64,000 bases of DNA. It comes from Ruminococcus sp. (GTDB taxonomy: Bacteria; Bacillota; Clostridia; Oscillospirales; Ruminococcaceae). Positions 47,871-58,749 of this stretch are shown here, one piece after another. The position numbers were made by a program, and so were the translations under genes. The notes beneath the pieces are model-generated. The model made no database searches, was not told where the DNA came from, and worked only from the letters and a program-made list of their open reading frames with translations. Each line of letters begins with the position of its first letter. The stretch's first letter is position 1. The stretch covers positions 1,817 through 65,816 of the forward strand of contig NZ_JAEFAJ010000003.1 of assembly GCF_016287535.1 (NCBI RefSeq). The letters run 5' to 3'.

Positions 47871-49061
47871 TCAGACCTCCTTGCTGTCGCCGTCGATGAC
47901 TACGACCTTTGCTATCTTTCTTTCAATAGCATATTCACGAACGCTCTCAATGTCATCGAACAGCGCGTTCTCTACAATGAGTCCCTGCTCCCGGAGCTCA
48001 CGTGCAGCCTTTATAGCTGCAACCTCGCAGCCAGCCTCGGCAAAGACGATAACGTCCGGTTTGAGCTCGGCAGGAAGAACATCGCTCTTCTCCATGAGCT
48101 TGGCAACCGCATTTATATTTACAGCGAAACCAACAGCAGGTACATCATATCCGAACTCCGATATGAGCTTGTCATACCTTCCGCCGGAGAGCACCTCTTC
48201 GCCGTGCCCCTGCAAATAACCCTTTATAATAAGACCTGTATAGTAATCGGTCTTGTTTACCAGTCCGAGGTCAACAGTTATCGAACCGTCTCCTTCACAA
48301 AGCTCGGAAGCGTCTGTATATATATCTCTCAGTTCGTCAAGGATACGCTTGATATTATCGTCAGGCATGAGCTCCTCAGCCTTATCAAATACCTCTTCCC
48401 CTCCGAAAAGCGCGGGAAGCTTTTTAAGCGCATTGGTAACAGGAGAATTTCCGAAGCTGTCAAGCATATCATTAAGTGCGGGGAAATTCTTGTTCTCAAT
48501 GAGTTTTCTGATGCTCTCCTTGTCATGCTCTGAGGCGTCCAGCCTGCCGACAAGCTCCTTGAAAATACCGATATGTCCAAGTTCAAGGGAGAATTCCATG
48601 CCGAAGGAATTGAGTGAATCAACTGCCGTTGATATTACTTCAAGATCCGCCATTTTCAGCTGCGAACCTATAAGCTCTATACCTGCCTGCACTACCTCGT
48701 CGCTCCTGCCCTTCAGTGAGGGTTCCGTGGTATATACTGCCTGCGCATAGCACAGCTTCAGCGGAAGATCCGCGTCCCTCAGACGGGTGGCAACTATACG
48801 TGCGATAGGCATTGTAGTGTCCGGACGCATTACAAGGAGCCTTCCCTTGCTGTCTGTGAGCTTGTACAGGTTCTCCTGCGGAAAATAGCGCGAGTTAAGG
48901 TTGAATACGTCATAGAATTCAAGACCGGGAGTGATAGTCTCATTGTATCCGCGGCTCTTGAAAAGATTCATAAGTGTATTCTCTATATTTCTTCTTATGA
49001 TGCACTCACCGAAAAGCAGGTCCTTTGTACCCTCAGGAGTGATAAGATCATAGTTTTTCAT
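47871..49061 (-). CDS. hisZ: ATP phosphoribosyltransferase regulatory subunit
   Basis: PEGTKD, RPDTT, QAGIELIG, YYTG, GGRYD; first gene of the his operon. Confidence 0.92.
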   Translation of the reverse strand: MKNYDLITPEGTKDLLFGECIIRRNIENTLMNLFKSRGYNETITPGLEFYDVFNLNSRYFPQENLYKLTDSKGRLLVMRPDTTMPIARIVATRLRDADLPLKLCYAQAVYTTEPSLKGRSDEVVQAGIELIGSQLKMADLEVISTAVDSLNSFGMEFSLELGHIGIFKELVGRLDASEHDKESIRKLIENKNFPALNDMLDSFGNSPVTNALKKLPALFGGEEVFDKAEELMPDDNIKRILDELRDIYTDASELCEGDGSITVDLGLVNKTDYYTGLIIKGYLQGHGEEVLSGGRYDKLISEFGYDVPAVGFAVNINAVAKLMEKSDVLPAELKPDVIVFAEAGCEVAAIKAARELREQGLIVENALFDDIESVREYAIERKIAKVVVIDGDSKEV

Positions 49062-49081
49062 AAAATACCTCCTCTTCAAAT

Positions 49082-49135
49082 CACTTTAGTCTGCTAACAT
49101 GATAATATGATAGCATATTACTAAAAGAAAGTCAA
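49082..49135 (-). promoter_or_regulatory. his operon promoter with HisR(YerC)-like operator
   Basis: Minus strand TTGACT-17 bp-TATCAT with extended TG; CACTTTAGTCTGCTAACATG (49082-49101) resembles the recalled YACTTTA-N6-TAAAGTR HisR motif with two mismatches. Confidence 0.55.
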
Positions 49136-49136
49136 G

Positions 49137-52100
49137 TTAAAAAAATGACATCTGTGTCGATTCGGGTAAATCACCAAAGGCTCCTATACTTTTCAACATA
49201 TCAATTGTTGTTTTTGACGCTCCGCTTTCGGTCTGGAACTCTTCTACAGACATAAAGCCGCCCTTCTGAACAGCCTCGTATATCCCCTTTGCTGCGCTGT
49301 CTCCGACGCCGCTCATCGCCGAGAAAGGTATTCTCAGCTTTCCGTCCTCAACAAGATAGTCAGTGGCGTGAGACTTGAAAAGATCTATCGGCAGAAACTC
49401 GTAGCCTCTCGACATCATCTCGTTTGTAATGAGAAGTATATCGTACAGAGCACTGTCCTTGTTGGTCCTGTCGTTACCGAGAGCCTTGATCTCTTCTATC
49501 TTTGCCCTTACAGCTGATCTGCCCTTTATGGCGAGCTCCGCGTCGAAGTCTTCACCGCGGACTGAGAAATAGGTCGCGTAATATTCCAGCGGCATTCTGA
49601 GCTTGAACCAGCCCAGCTTTATGGCTGCGATAACGTAAGCTGCTGCGTGAGCCTTAGGGAACATATACTTTATTTTAAGGCAGCTCTCTATGTACCACTC
49701 AGGAACATTATGATCCCGGAGCATCTGGATTATCTCCGGCGTGAACTGCTTGGGAGCCTTGCCCTTACGTGTCCACTCCATTATCTGGAACGCCATCTTA
49801 GGCTCGACACCCTTGTATAAAAGATATGTCATGATAGAGTCACGGGTACCGATAACGTCAGAAATCGTACATACGCCGTTATCTATAAGATCCTTCGCGT
49901 TTCCCAGCCATACGTCCGTACCGTGTGAAAGTCCCGATATCTGTAAGAAGTCGCTGAACTTCGTTGGCTTCGCGTCAAGGAGCATCTGTATCGTGAAGCC
50001 GGTGCCCATTTCAGGTATGCCGAGGCTTCCGGTCTTGCAGTAGATATCCTCAGGTGTAACTCCCAGCACGTCGCAGTTGGTACACATACGTATGACATCA
50101 GGATCCGAAGTCGGAACGTCCTTTATCTTAATACCGGTAAGGTCTTCAAGATGCTTGTAGAGAGTGGGAACAACGTGTCCGAGCTCATCAAGCTTGAGTA
50201 TGGTATCATGCAGGGAGTTGAATGTGAAGTGAGTGGTGATTATCTCGGAATCGGCAGTATCAGCAGGATGCTGAACCGGAGTGAAGTCGTATACATCATA
50301 ATCCGACGGCACAACGACCATTCCGCCAGGGTGCTGACCCGTTGTCCTCTTGATGCCGGTACAGCCGATAGCAAGTCTGCTCAGCTCCGCATTATTGAGG
50401 GTTATACCGTTCTCCTCACAGTATTTCTTGACATAGCCGTATGCTGTCTTTTCGGCTACAACGGATATGGTCCCTGCCTTGAACACGTTGGACTTTCCGA
50501 AGAGCTTTTCCGTATAGCGATGAGCCCAGAACTGATATTCATCGGAAAAGTTCAGGTCGATATCAGGCGCTTTATCGCCGTCGAAGCCAAGGAAGGTCTC
50601 GAATGGGATATCGTGACCGTCACGGTTCATATCCGTTCCGCAGTCGGGACACTTCTTCGGGGGCAAGTCAAATCCGGAGCCGTAAACACCGTCGAGAAGG
50701 AACTCGCTGTGCTTGCAGTTGGGACACACATAGTGGGGCGGAAGCGGATTTACTTCCGAAATTCCAGCCATTGAAGCTACGAACGACGAACCGACGGAAC
50801 CACGGGAGCCTACAAGATAACCATTCTCAACCGAGTTCCATACGAGCTTCTGCGCGATGATATAAAGCACTGAGAAGCCGTGCTTTATAATTGAAGAAAG
50901 CTCACGGTCAAGACGCTTGTCAACAAGCTCCGGAAGAGGATCACCGTATATCTCATGTGCTTTGTCATGGGTTATCCTGACAAGCTCTTCCTCTGCGCCC
51001 TCGATAGTCGGTGTAAAGGTACCCTTTGGTATCGGACGCACCTTTTCTATCTGGTCTGCTATATCATTTGTATTTTTGATAACGACTTCCCTTGCCTTGT
51101 CCTCGCCGAGATACTCAAACTCCGCCATCATTTCCTCTGTAGTCCTCAGATAGAGGGGAGCCTGCTCCTCAGCATCATTGAAGCCCATGCTCGCAAGTAT
51201 TATCTTGCGGTATATCGCGTCCTTCTGGTCTATAAAATGTACGTCACAGGTAGCGCAGGTGGGTATGCCGAGCCTGTCGCCCAGAGCGACCACCTCACGG
51301 TTGAAGTCGCGGAGCTCATCGTCGTCACGGGCAACGCCCTTTCTCACCATGAACCTGTTGTTGCATATGGGCTGTATCTCAAGGTAATCGTAGAACCTCG
51401 CAAGATTGTCGATATAGTCCTGATCGCGCATATCCAGTATCGCCTGGAACAGTTCTCCTGATTCGCAGGCGCTTCCGAATATAAGTCCCTCGCGGTGCTC
51501 TATAAGACGCGACTTGGGGATAAGCGGTCTTTTATAGAAAAATTCAAGGTTACTCAGTGAAACGAGCCTGTAGAGATTCTTCAGTCCAGCCTGATTGCGG
51601 ACAAGAATGATATGGTGATAGCTTTTCAGCTTCTTTGTCTCTATCTCATCAACAAGCACATTGAGCTGCTGTACAGACTTAAAGCCGCGGTCAGTCCTAA
51701 GCCTTCCAACAAGAGCTATATATATCTTCGCAAGCATGAGCGCGTCATCGGAAGCACGGTGATGATCGAACTTTCCGAGCTTCAGCTGTTTTGCCACAAG
51801 ATTCAGCTTGTGACGTCCCATTTCCGGGAGCATGGACTGACACATAACAAGGGTGTCAACCCATGTATACTCAAAAATCATGCCCTGACGCTTCAGCGCC
51901 TGATTTATCATTGTTGTATCATATCTTGCATTATGTGCCACGAGAACAGGCTTGTCCCCGCAGAACTCCATGAACATCTTCAGAGCTTCTCCTTCATCCG
52001 GTGCATTGGCTACATCGGCGTCGCTTATGCCTGTCAGCTCCGTAATATGTTCGGGAATATGGAAGCCGGGATTTACCTTGGTGTTGAAATCGTCAACTAC

Positions 52101-53462
52101 CTGCATATTTTTCAGCTTGACAGCACCTATCTCCGTAAGGCGGTCATTTCTGAAACTCAGACCTGTGGTCTCAACGTCGAAAATGATTATCTCATTATCG
52201 AAGGAACGGTCATCATCGCCGTATACGACCATATCACGTTCTATATCATTTACCACATATGCTTCCATGCCGTATATGACCTTAAAATCCTTCGGCATAT
52301 TATACATACAGTCAGGGAATGCCTGAACATTACCGTGGTCTGTTATAGCCATTGCCTGATGTCCCCATGCTGCCGCTCTGCTTATAAGAGTAACGGGATC
52401 GGTAACAGCGTCCATAGCTGACATATTGCTGTGGCAGTGGAGCTCCACACGCTTTTCGGGATAATTGTCAGTTTTCGGTATGCGCTTTACTTTTATAAGG
52501 GAATTTACGGATATAACGATATCTCTTGCAAAGGAGTCATAGTCCAGCTTTCCCGCTACCAGCAGGGCTGCACCGCTCTTTATGGAGCCCAGCTTCAGCT
52601 CCTCAACCTCTTCGTTCTTTGCGAATATCTTTAGCTTCAGCGAACCGCTGTAATCGGTTATATCATAGGTAACTACCGTCTTTTCCCCACGGACTTCCTT
52701 CATTTCCGAAGCAAAAACGTCTCCGACAACGACTACCCTTTCTCCGAGATGCTGTACCGCCTCACAGATCGGTATGGGCTTTTCGCGTATAGCCTTTCCC
52801 TTTACTATCTCAGCGGATTCCGCGTCAAAATCCTTGTTAAGTGCGCCGATATCTATAGTTACTGTCGGTATCACCGACTTTGCCTCCTCGGCTCTTATCT
52901 CCTCCGCTGATTTCTCAGGTGCGAGCTGGGCGCTGTAGTCAGGCATATCCGCTTCGATGCGCTCTATCATCTCGTCGAACTGTTCCCTGCTAACGGAGCT
53001 GTCTCCTTCGAGGAAAACCTTTATACGTACTCCGAACTGGTTGTATATCAGCTGTGAAAAATAACGGCAGAAGCTATACCTGTCAAGTATCTCCCTTCCG
53101 CCGTGAACTATCCTTATGCGCAGCTCGTTTTCAGCAAGGGAAACGTCTGCGTCGTCAAGGAAGCCGTTGACTACAGGTATATCACGCTTCAGGAGCTTCA
53201 GCAGTTCGGGATAGCAATCAATTCCGAACTTTCCGGAAGGATAGCGGCAGGCAAGTCTCACCTGCTCCACCTTTATGGCAGCCTCCACCGCTTTTTCAAA
53301 AGCAATGATATCATCGCTTGGAACAAGCTCCTCAAAATGCGCATGAAAGCGGATATTTTCAAGATTTTCGCTGTAAGTCAGCTTGAATATCTCACCGCCG
53401 AGTACGCTCTCTGGCAGCTCCAAGGAATAATCCTTCAAGAATTCGGAAATTTTAACCTGCAT
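49137..53462 (-). CDS. polC: DNA polymerase III alpha subunit, PolC type
   Basis: PHP ELHCHS, exonuclease FDVETTG, SRGSVGSS, PDIDLNFS, YMFPKAHA. Confidence 0.97.
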   Translation of the reverse strand: MQVKISEFLKDYSLELPESVLGGEIFKLTYSENLENIRFHAHFEELVPSDDIIAFEKAVEAAIKVEQVRLACRYPSGKFGIDCYPELLKLLKRDIPVVNGFLDDADVSLAENELRIRIVHGGREILDRYSFCRYFSQLIYNQFGVRIKVFLEGDSSVSREQFDEMIERIEADMPDYSAQLAPEKSAEEIRAEEAKSVIPTVTIDIGALNKDFDAESAEIVKGKAIREKPIPICEAVQHLGERVVVVGDVFASEMKEVRGEKTVVTYDITDYSGSLKLKIFAKNEEVEELKLGSIKSGAALLVAGKLDYDSFARDIVISVNSLIKVKRIPKTDNYPEKRVELHCHSNMSAMDAVTDPVTLISRAAAWGHQAMAITDHGNVQAFPDCMYNMPKDFKVIYGMEAYVVNDIERDMVVYGDDDRSFDNEIIIFDVETTGLSFRNDRLTEIGAVKLKNMQVVDDFNTKVNPGFHIPEHITELTGISDADVANAPDEGEALKMFMEFCGDKPVLVAHNARYDTTMINQALKRQGMIFEYTWVDTLVMCQSMLPEMGRHKLNLVAKQLKLGKFDHHRASDDALMLAKIYIALVGRLRTDRGFKSVQQLNVLVDEIETKKLKSYHHIILVRNQAGLKNLYRLVSLSNLEFFYKRPLIPKSRLIEHREGLIFGSACESGELFQAILDMRDQDYIDNLARFYDYLEIQPICNNRFMVRKGVARDDDELRDFNREVVALGDRLGIPTCATCDVHFIDQKDAIYRKIILASMGFNDAEEQAPLYLRTTEEMMAEFEYLGEDKAREVVIKNTNDIADQIEKVRPIPKGTFTPTIEGAEEELVRITHDKAHEIYGDPLPELVDKRLDRELSSIIKHGFSVLYIIAQKLVWNSVENGYLVGSRGSVGSSFVASMAGISEVNPLPPHYVCPNCKHSEFLLDGVYGSGFDLPPKKCPDCGTDMNRDGHDIPFETFLGFDGDKAPDIDLNFSDEYQFWAHRYTEKLFGKSNVFKAGTISVVAEKTAYGYVKKYCEENGITLNNAELSRLAIGCTGIKRTTGQHPGGMVVVPSDYDVYDFTPVQHPADTADSEIITTHFTFNSLHDTILKLDELGHVVPTLYKHLEDLTGIKIKDVPTSDPDVIRMCTNCDVLGVTPEDIYCKTGSLGIPEMGTGFTIQMLLDAKPTKFSDFLQISGLSHGTDVWLGNAKDLIDNGVCTISDVIGTRDSIMTYLLYKGVEPKMAFQIMEWTRKGKAPKQFTPEIIQMLRDHNVPEWYIESCLKIKYMFPKAHAAAYVIAAIKLGWFKLRMPLEYYATYFSVRGEDFDAELAIKGRSAVRAKIEEIKALGNDRTNKDSALYDILLITNEMMSRGYEFLPIDLFKSHATDYLVEDGKLRIPFSAMSGVGDSAAKGIYEAVQKGGFMSVEEFQTESGASKTTIDMLKSIGAFGDLPESTQMSFF

Positions 53463-53506
53463 TTTACGACTCCCTGTTTACTAATAACTTATCATCAAAT
53501 GCTCTG

Positions 53507-54544
53507 TCAGAGCCTTTCTATCTCAGCAAGAAGCTCCGGAACAATATCCGCTTCGCTCACCTTTCTCTGAGTACCGTCCTTTTTGAAGATAACCGCACAT
53601 CCGTCACCGCCGGCTATACCTACGTCAGCTTCACGGGCTTCTCCCGGACCGTTTACTATACATCCCATGACAGCGACAGTTATATCCTTGTCCATGTCCT
53701 TTACGGCTTCCTCAACCATTTTTGCAGCCTTTACAAGATCTATCCTTGTTCTGCCGCAGGTGGGACATGAGACCAGTCTTACACCGCCGCGCTTTCCGAT
53801 ACTTTTGAGTATATCCTTAGCGGCTTCTATCTCACGTACCGGGTCATCTGTAAGGGATACGCGGATAGTCTCGCCTATACCATCGCATAGCAGCGAACCG
53901 ATACCGACCGCAGACTTGATAAGTCCCATGCGCTCTGTACCTGCTTCGGTAACTCCGAGATGAAGAGGATAATCACATTTTTCAGCTGCAAGCCTGTATG
54001 AAGCTATCATTCTCTGTACGTCAGAGGACTTTATGGATATAACTATATCATTGAAGTCGAAATGCTCAAGCATAGCCGCGTGAGTAAGAGCGCTCTCAAC
54101 AAGGGCTTCCGGTGTGGGAGAACCATATTTTGCAAGTATCTCCTTTTCGAGCGAGCCCGAATTAACGCCGATACGGATAGGTATATTCCTTGAACGGCAG
54201 GCATCAACCACTGCTTTTACCCTGTCCATTCCTCCGATATTTCCCGGATTGATACGTATCTTGTCAACACCTGCCGCGGCAGCTTCAAGAGCGAGCCTGT
54301 AATCAAAGTGTATATCTGCTACCAGCGGTATACTTACTGCTTCCTTGATGGCAGGTATGAGTGCAACAGCTTCCTTGTTCGGGATAGCCGCACGGATTAT
54401 CTCACAGCCTGCCTTTTCAAGACTGACTGCCTGTTTTACGCTGCCGGCGATGTCGTCCGAACGAATATTCAGCATCGACTGTATATATATATGCTTTCCG
54501 TCGAGGACGCAGTCCCCTACCTTTACAGGTCTAACATTTCTCAT
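53507..54544 (-). CDS. ispG: HMBPP synthase
   Basis: VADIHFDY, RINPGN, SCPTCGRT, MGCIVNGPGE. Confidence 0.96.
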   Translation of the reverse strand: MRNVRPVKVGDCVLDGKHIYIQSMLNIRSDDIAGSVKQAVSLEKAGCEIIRAAIPNKEAVALIPAIKEAVSIPLVADIHFDYRLALEAAAAGVDKIRINPGNIGGMDRVKAVVDACRSRNIPIRIGVNSGSLEKEILAKYGSPTPEALVESALTHAAMLEHFDFNDIVISIKSSDVQRMIASYRLAAEKCDYPLHLGVTEAGTERMGLIKSAVGIGSLLCDGIGETIRVSLTDDPVREIEAAKDILKSIGKRGGVRLVSCPTCGRTRIDLVKAAKMVEEAVKDMDKDITVAVMGCIVNGPGEAREADVGIAGGDGCAVIFKKDGTQRKVSEADIVPELLAEIERL

Positions 54545-54594
54545 AGCTTTTCTCCTATCATCATTTTTTGAACTGTCACCGCTGACAGATCATA

Positions 54595-55509
54595 TCAGAG
54601 AGTAATGCTGATACCGTCATCTGACACGACTGTTTCCGGAAATATCTCCCTGAGTTCATCTTCGTACACATGAGGCTCCTTTTCAGCAGGACTGTAATGA
54701 GTGAGCCACAGCTTTTTTGCGTCTGCCAGCTTTGCTATATTGCAGGCGTCCTGCATGAGCATATGGCATTTTTCGTTCATTGAAGCCTTTTTGTCCGACA
54801 GTCCGTACATTCCCTCACATACGAACAGATCCGCGTCCATCGCAAAGAGCTCAAGCTCCGGAACAGGAAGCGTATCCGTAACATAGGTGATTTTCAGAGG
54901 CGGTTTCTTTTCACCGGTAACAGCTTCCGGAGGTATCCTCAGACCGCCCTCAAGAGTGACTGTCTCGCCGTTATGCAGCCTTTTCCAGAACTCTACAGGT
55001 ATATTCATCGCCTTCGCATTCTGAGGCAGGAATACAGGCTTTTTCCTCAGGACAAGACTGTAGCCGAGACAGCTTACCCTGTGTGAAAGGGGCATTGTCT
55101 TTACAGTGAGCATTGGGTCTATCATATCAGCTGTAAACTCAGATTGCCTGTCATCGGAAAGCGCTCTGAGCTTTACCTCATAAGGCAGACCTCCGCATAC
55201 GCTCATAAGATTTTCAATAACTGGTATGCAGCTTTCCGGAGCCGCTATCTCTAACGGTGCCGTCCTTGAACTGTTGCCGGCGGAGAGGAGCAGTCCCGGA
55301 AGTCCCGTAACATGATCCGCGTGGCAGTGAGTTATAAGTATGAGCTCTATCCTGCTCATTTTCAATCCGTGTTTCGCAACGGCGACCTGTGTTCCCTCGC
55401 CGCAGTCGATAAGAACCGCCTTGCCGTTATACTCGGCATATAAGCTTGTGAGAAAACGGTCAGGCAGGGGAAGCATACCTCCCGTACCGAGAAGACATAT
55501 TTCTGCCAT
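54595..55509 (-). CDS. rnz: ribonuclease Z
   Basis: LGTGG, DCGEGTQ, THCHADH metallo-beta-lactamase motif, LTHYS. Confidence 0.88.
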   Translation of the reverse strand: MAEICLLGTGGMLPLPDRFLTSLYAEYNGKAVLIDCGEGTQVAVAKHGLKMSRIELILITHCHADHVTGLPGLLLSAGNSSRTAPLEIAAPESCIPVIENLMSVCGGLPYEVKLRALSDDRQSEFTADMIDPMLTVKTMPLSHRVSCLGYSLVLRKKPVFLPQNAKAMNIPVEFWKRLHNGETVTLEGGLRIPPEAVTGEKKPPLKITYVTDTLPVPELELFAMDADLFVCEGMYGLSDKKASMNEKCHMLMQDACNIAKLADAKKLWLTHYSPAEKEPHVYEDELREIFPETVVSDDGISITL

Positions 55510-55510
55510 T

Positions 55511-56575
55511 TTATCCTCCCGTGACCAGTTTTACGATGTCGTTATAGGTTGCGAATATCATTATTCCGAACAGAAGGACCATTCCTGCAAGATGTACATA
55601 GCCTTCATGCTCAGGCTTGACAGGCTTGCGGCGGACAAGCTCTATCAGACAGAACATCAGTCTGCCGCCGTCAAGTCCAGGTATCGGGAGCAGATTGAAT
55701 ATTCCTACATTTATGGTTATCAGAGCCATTAAGTAAAGGATATTTTCTATTGCCTCGCTGACGCTGCGGCTCTGCTCGGCTGTCTCGCTTATAACACTTA
55801 CAACCCCGACAGGTCCGGAAACATCGTCCTTTTTCATCTTTCCCGTAAACAGCTGTTTAAGCGAGAGCCCTATAACATGGGACATGGTCATGAATCTCTC
55901 TCCGGAACCTTTTATTACTGTCAGAGGATTCTTTTTATTTCCGTAAATGCAGAAATCGACTAAACCGCCATCAGCAGTATTCTTGAAAACAACATTTTCA
56001 AGTCTGACCTTTTCACCATTTCTCTTTACGACAACAGTATGAGCTTCATCAGAATTTATGGTATTGAAGATATATACAAGATCAAGATCACTGAACACTT
56101 TTGTATCGTCAACGGATAAGAACCTGTCATCGATCTGCAGACCGGTTTCATGGCTCATTGAAACATAGCTTATGCTCTGATCCTCATTGCGCATCTTGGA
56201 AAAATCCCTTACAACAGTTGTCGGGACGTTCTTTTCAAACGCGCAGACCATTACAACGAGCGCGATAAATCCGAGAACAAAATTCATAAGCGCTCCGGCA
56301 ACGAGAACTATCATGCGCTTCCACAGCCTGGCGTTGCGGAAGCTTCTGGGATCGTTATTTGTGGAATCCTCTCCCTCCATTGCGCAGTAACCGCCTATAG
56401 GCAAAGCTCTCAGTGAGTACTTAGTCTCGCCCTTCTTCTTCTGAAGCAGCTTAGGTCCCATACCGACTGAAAACTCAAGCACCTTTATGCCGCTGAGCTT
56501 TGCACAGATAAAATGTCCGAACTCATGGACCGTAACGATAAGCCCGAAAACAATGATCGCAATTATAACACCCAT
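55511..56575 (-). CDS. rseP: RIP metalloprotease RseP
   Basis: HEFGH, PDZ-like region, NLLPIPGLDGG. Confidence 0.93.
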   Translation of the reverse strand: MGVIIAIIVFGLIVTVHEFGHFICAKLSGIKVLEFSVGMGPKLLQKKKGETKYSLRALPIGGYCAMEGEDSTNNDPRSFRNARLWKRMIVLVAGALMNFVLGFIALVVMVCAFEKNVPTTVVRDFSKMRNEDQSISYVSMSHETGLQIDDRFLSVDDTKVFSDLDLVYIFNTINSDEAHTVVVKRNGEKVRLENVVFKNTADGGLVDFCIYGNKKNPLTVIKGSGERFMTMSHVIGLSLKQLFTGKMKKDDVSGPVGVVSVISETAEQSRSVSEAIENILYLMALITINVGIFNLLPIPGLDGGRLMFCLIELVRRKPVKPEHEGYVHLAGMVLLFGIMIFATYNDIVKLVTGG

Positions 56576-56596
56576 TTAGTATTATCCTTTCTGAAT

Positions 56597-57754
56597 TTAT
56601 GCCTGTTCCGCAGGAATACGCTCTCTTACATAAGCTCTTGCAGCTCTGTCAGCTTTCATTACATCATCATAGCTGCTGATATCCGACTGACCGAAATGGT
56701 CAAGAACAGATGCGACAGTCTCGCCGATGTCAATGAATCTTATCTCGTCATGCAGAAAAGCACGTACTGCTTCTTCATTTGCTGAATTTACCAGGCATGG
56801 ATAAGCTCCTCCGCGCTTTATGGCTTCGATAGCCGCGGACAGACACTTAAAGGTAGCATAGTCCGGCTTCTCAAAGGTAAGCTTTCCGTAATCCGTAAGA
56901 GAGAGCCTTCCCGTGGGACAGCTCATGCGGTCCGGGTAAAGCAGGGCATACTGTATCGGTATCTTCATATCCGGAATGCCCATCTGAGCGATGACCGAGT
57001 AGTCGTTGTACTCCACAGCCGAGTGTACCACGCTCTGACGGTGGACGACTATCTCTATCTGATCGGGAGTAAGATCGAAAAGCCATTTGGCTTCTATGAA
57101 TTCAAGTCCCTTGTTCATAAGCGTAGCGGAATCAATGGTTATTTTATTGCCCATATCCCAGTTGGGGTGGTGGAGAGCCTGTTCCTTTGTGACATTTCTC
57201 AGCTCCTCATAGCTCCTGCCGAAGAAGGGACCTCCTGAGGCTGTAAGGATAATCTTGCTCAGCTGCTCGCGCTTGTTGCCCTGCAGACACTGAAATATAG
57301 CTGAATGCTCGCTGTCAACGGGATATATCTTCACGCCCTTTTCTGCAGCCGCGCTCATTACAAGCTCTCCGCCTGCCACAAGAGTCTCCTTGTTTGCAAG
57401 GGCAATATCCTTTCCCGCGTCGATCGCAGTAAGCGTAGGAAGCAGTCCCACCATTCCGACTACCGAATTGAGTATGATATCCGCTTCTTCAAGGGAAGCC
57501 AGCCTGCACAGTCCCTCCATGCCGGAATACAGCTTCACATCAAGGTCGGCAATACGCCTTTTCAGCTCACCGTACTTCTCTTCGTTGTAAATGCAGGCAT
57601 AAGCAGGACGGAACTTTCTTATCTGCTGCTCAAGAGCCTCAATGCTGCTGTGTGCCGCAAGAGCCGTCACCTTCAGTCCGTGCTTTTCACATACCTCCAG
57701 CGACTGCGTTCCTATAGAGCCTGTGGAGCCAAGTATAGACACCGTTTTATTCAT
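56597..57754 (-). CDS. dxr: 1-deoxy-D-xylulose-5-phosphate reductoisomerase
   Basis: LGSTGSIG, ANKE, PVDSEHSA, HPNWDMG.KIT. Confidence 0.97.
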   Translation of the reverse strand: MNKTVSILGSTGSIGTQSLEVCEKHGLKVTALAAHSSIEALEQQIRKFRPAYACIYNEEKYGELKRRIADLDVKLYSGMEGLCRLASLEEADIILNSVVGMVGLLPTLTAIDAGKDIALANKETLVAGGELVMSAAAEKGVKIYPVDSEHSAIFQCLQGNKREQLSKIILTASGGPFFGRSYEELRNVTKEQALHHPNWDMGNKITIDSATLMNKGLEFIEAKWLFDLTPDQIEIVVHRQSVVHSAVEYNDYSVIAQMGIPDMKIPIQYALLYPDRMSCPTGRLSLTDYGKLTFEKPDYATFKCLSAAIEAIKRGGAYPCLVNSANEEAVRAFLHDEIRFIDIGETVASVLDHFGQSDISSYDDVMKADRAARAYVRERIPAEQA

Positions 57755-57858
57755 TATGATTTCCCCTTTTCGCGGAAATATCTTCCGGATTAATATTATG
57801 AAAAAGTCCTTTATAAAATGCGAAAGGGACTATCCGTGAATAGTCCGTTTCAGAAATA

Positions 57859-58749
57859 TCACTGTACGCCGAATAAGGCGATAAATGCATAAAAAGTAGG
57901 CAGCACGAAAAGAACGCTGTCAAAGCGATCCATAAGTCCGCCGTGTCCCGGCATTATCTTTCCGTAGTCCTTGAAGCCTATCTGACGCTTCACCATGGAA
58001 GCCGAAAGGTCGCCTACAGTACCGATGACTGCACATACCGCACCTGTGACGAATGCTATTGCGGCTCTTTTTGCTGTAAAGCCATAATAGATTGAAAATG
58101 CAGCAGCATATACTACAGCAGTAGTGACGATACCTCCCACAAGTCCCTCGATAGTTTTCTTGGGGCTTATCTCAGGACAGAGCTTATGCTTTCCCATTGC
58201 TACCCCCGTGAAATATGCTCCCGTATCCGCTATCCATGCGCCGCAGAGTCCCATAATAAGCAGGAACAGTCCGCTTTCCGAGTCAAAGTTCTCTATACGC
58301 AGCATAGTTGTCATAGCCTGAGGCACAAGTATCATCACCGCAAGTACGAAAAATACCTGCTCATAGCGTATCTCCTTATGCTTTTTCAGCCATGTAACAA
58401 AGATAATAAATGCTGCCAGCAGAACGAGCACGAACTGAAAGATGTGATTTATCTCAGCGACCTTTGCCGAGTAAAACTCAGGGTCACCCTGTATGCCGGC
58501 TTCAGTTATATCACATATCACTGAACCGACATGGCTCATATAATAAATGCTAGGGACAGAAACTCCTGCGACTTCTGCTGCTAAAAATATCGGGATACAC
58601 TTGTGGAGCTTCACTGCGCGTAAAAGTTCAAAGAGCATTACCGCTATGATAGCTGCAACTGCTAAAGGAAGAACTATAGTATCATGGAAGAAGAGTATTA
58701 CACCAAGCAGTACAACGCCCACTGCTCCCGAAATGATACGTGTAAGCAT
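57859..58749 (-). CDS. cdsA: phosphatidate cytidylyltransferase
   Basis: DTGAYF, SPKKTIEG, KDYG...PGHGG.MDRFDS. Confidence 0.95.
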   Translation of the reverse strand: MLTRIISGAVGVVLLGVILFFHDTIVLPLAVAAIIAVMLFELLRAVKLHKCIPIFLAAEVAGVSVPSIYYMSHVGSVICDITEAGIQGDPEFYSAKVAEINHIFQFVLVLLAAFIIFVTWLKKHKEIRYEQVFFVLAVMILVPQAMTTMLRIENFDSESGLFLLIMGLCGAWIADTGAYFTGVAMGKHKLCPEISPKKTIEGLVGGIVTTAVVYAAAFSIYYGFTAKRAAIAFVTGAVCAVIGTVGDLSASMVKRQIGFKDYGKIMPGHGGLMDRFDSVLFVLPTFYAFIALFGVQ

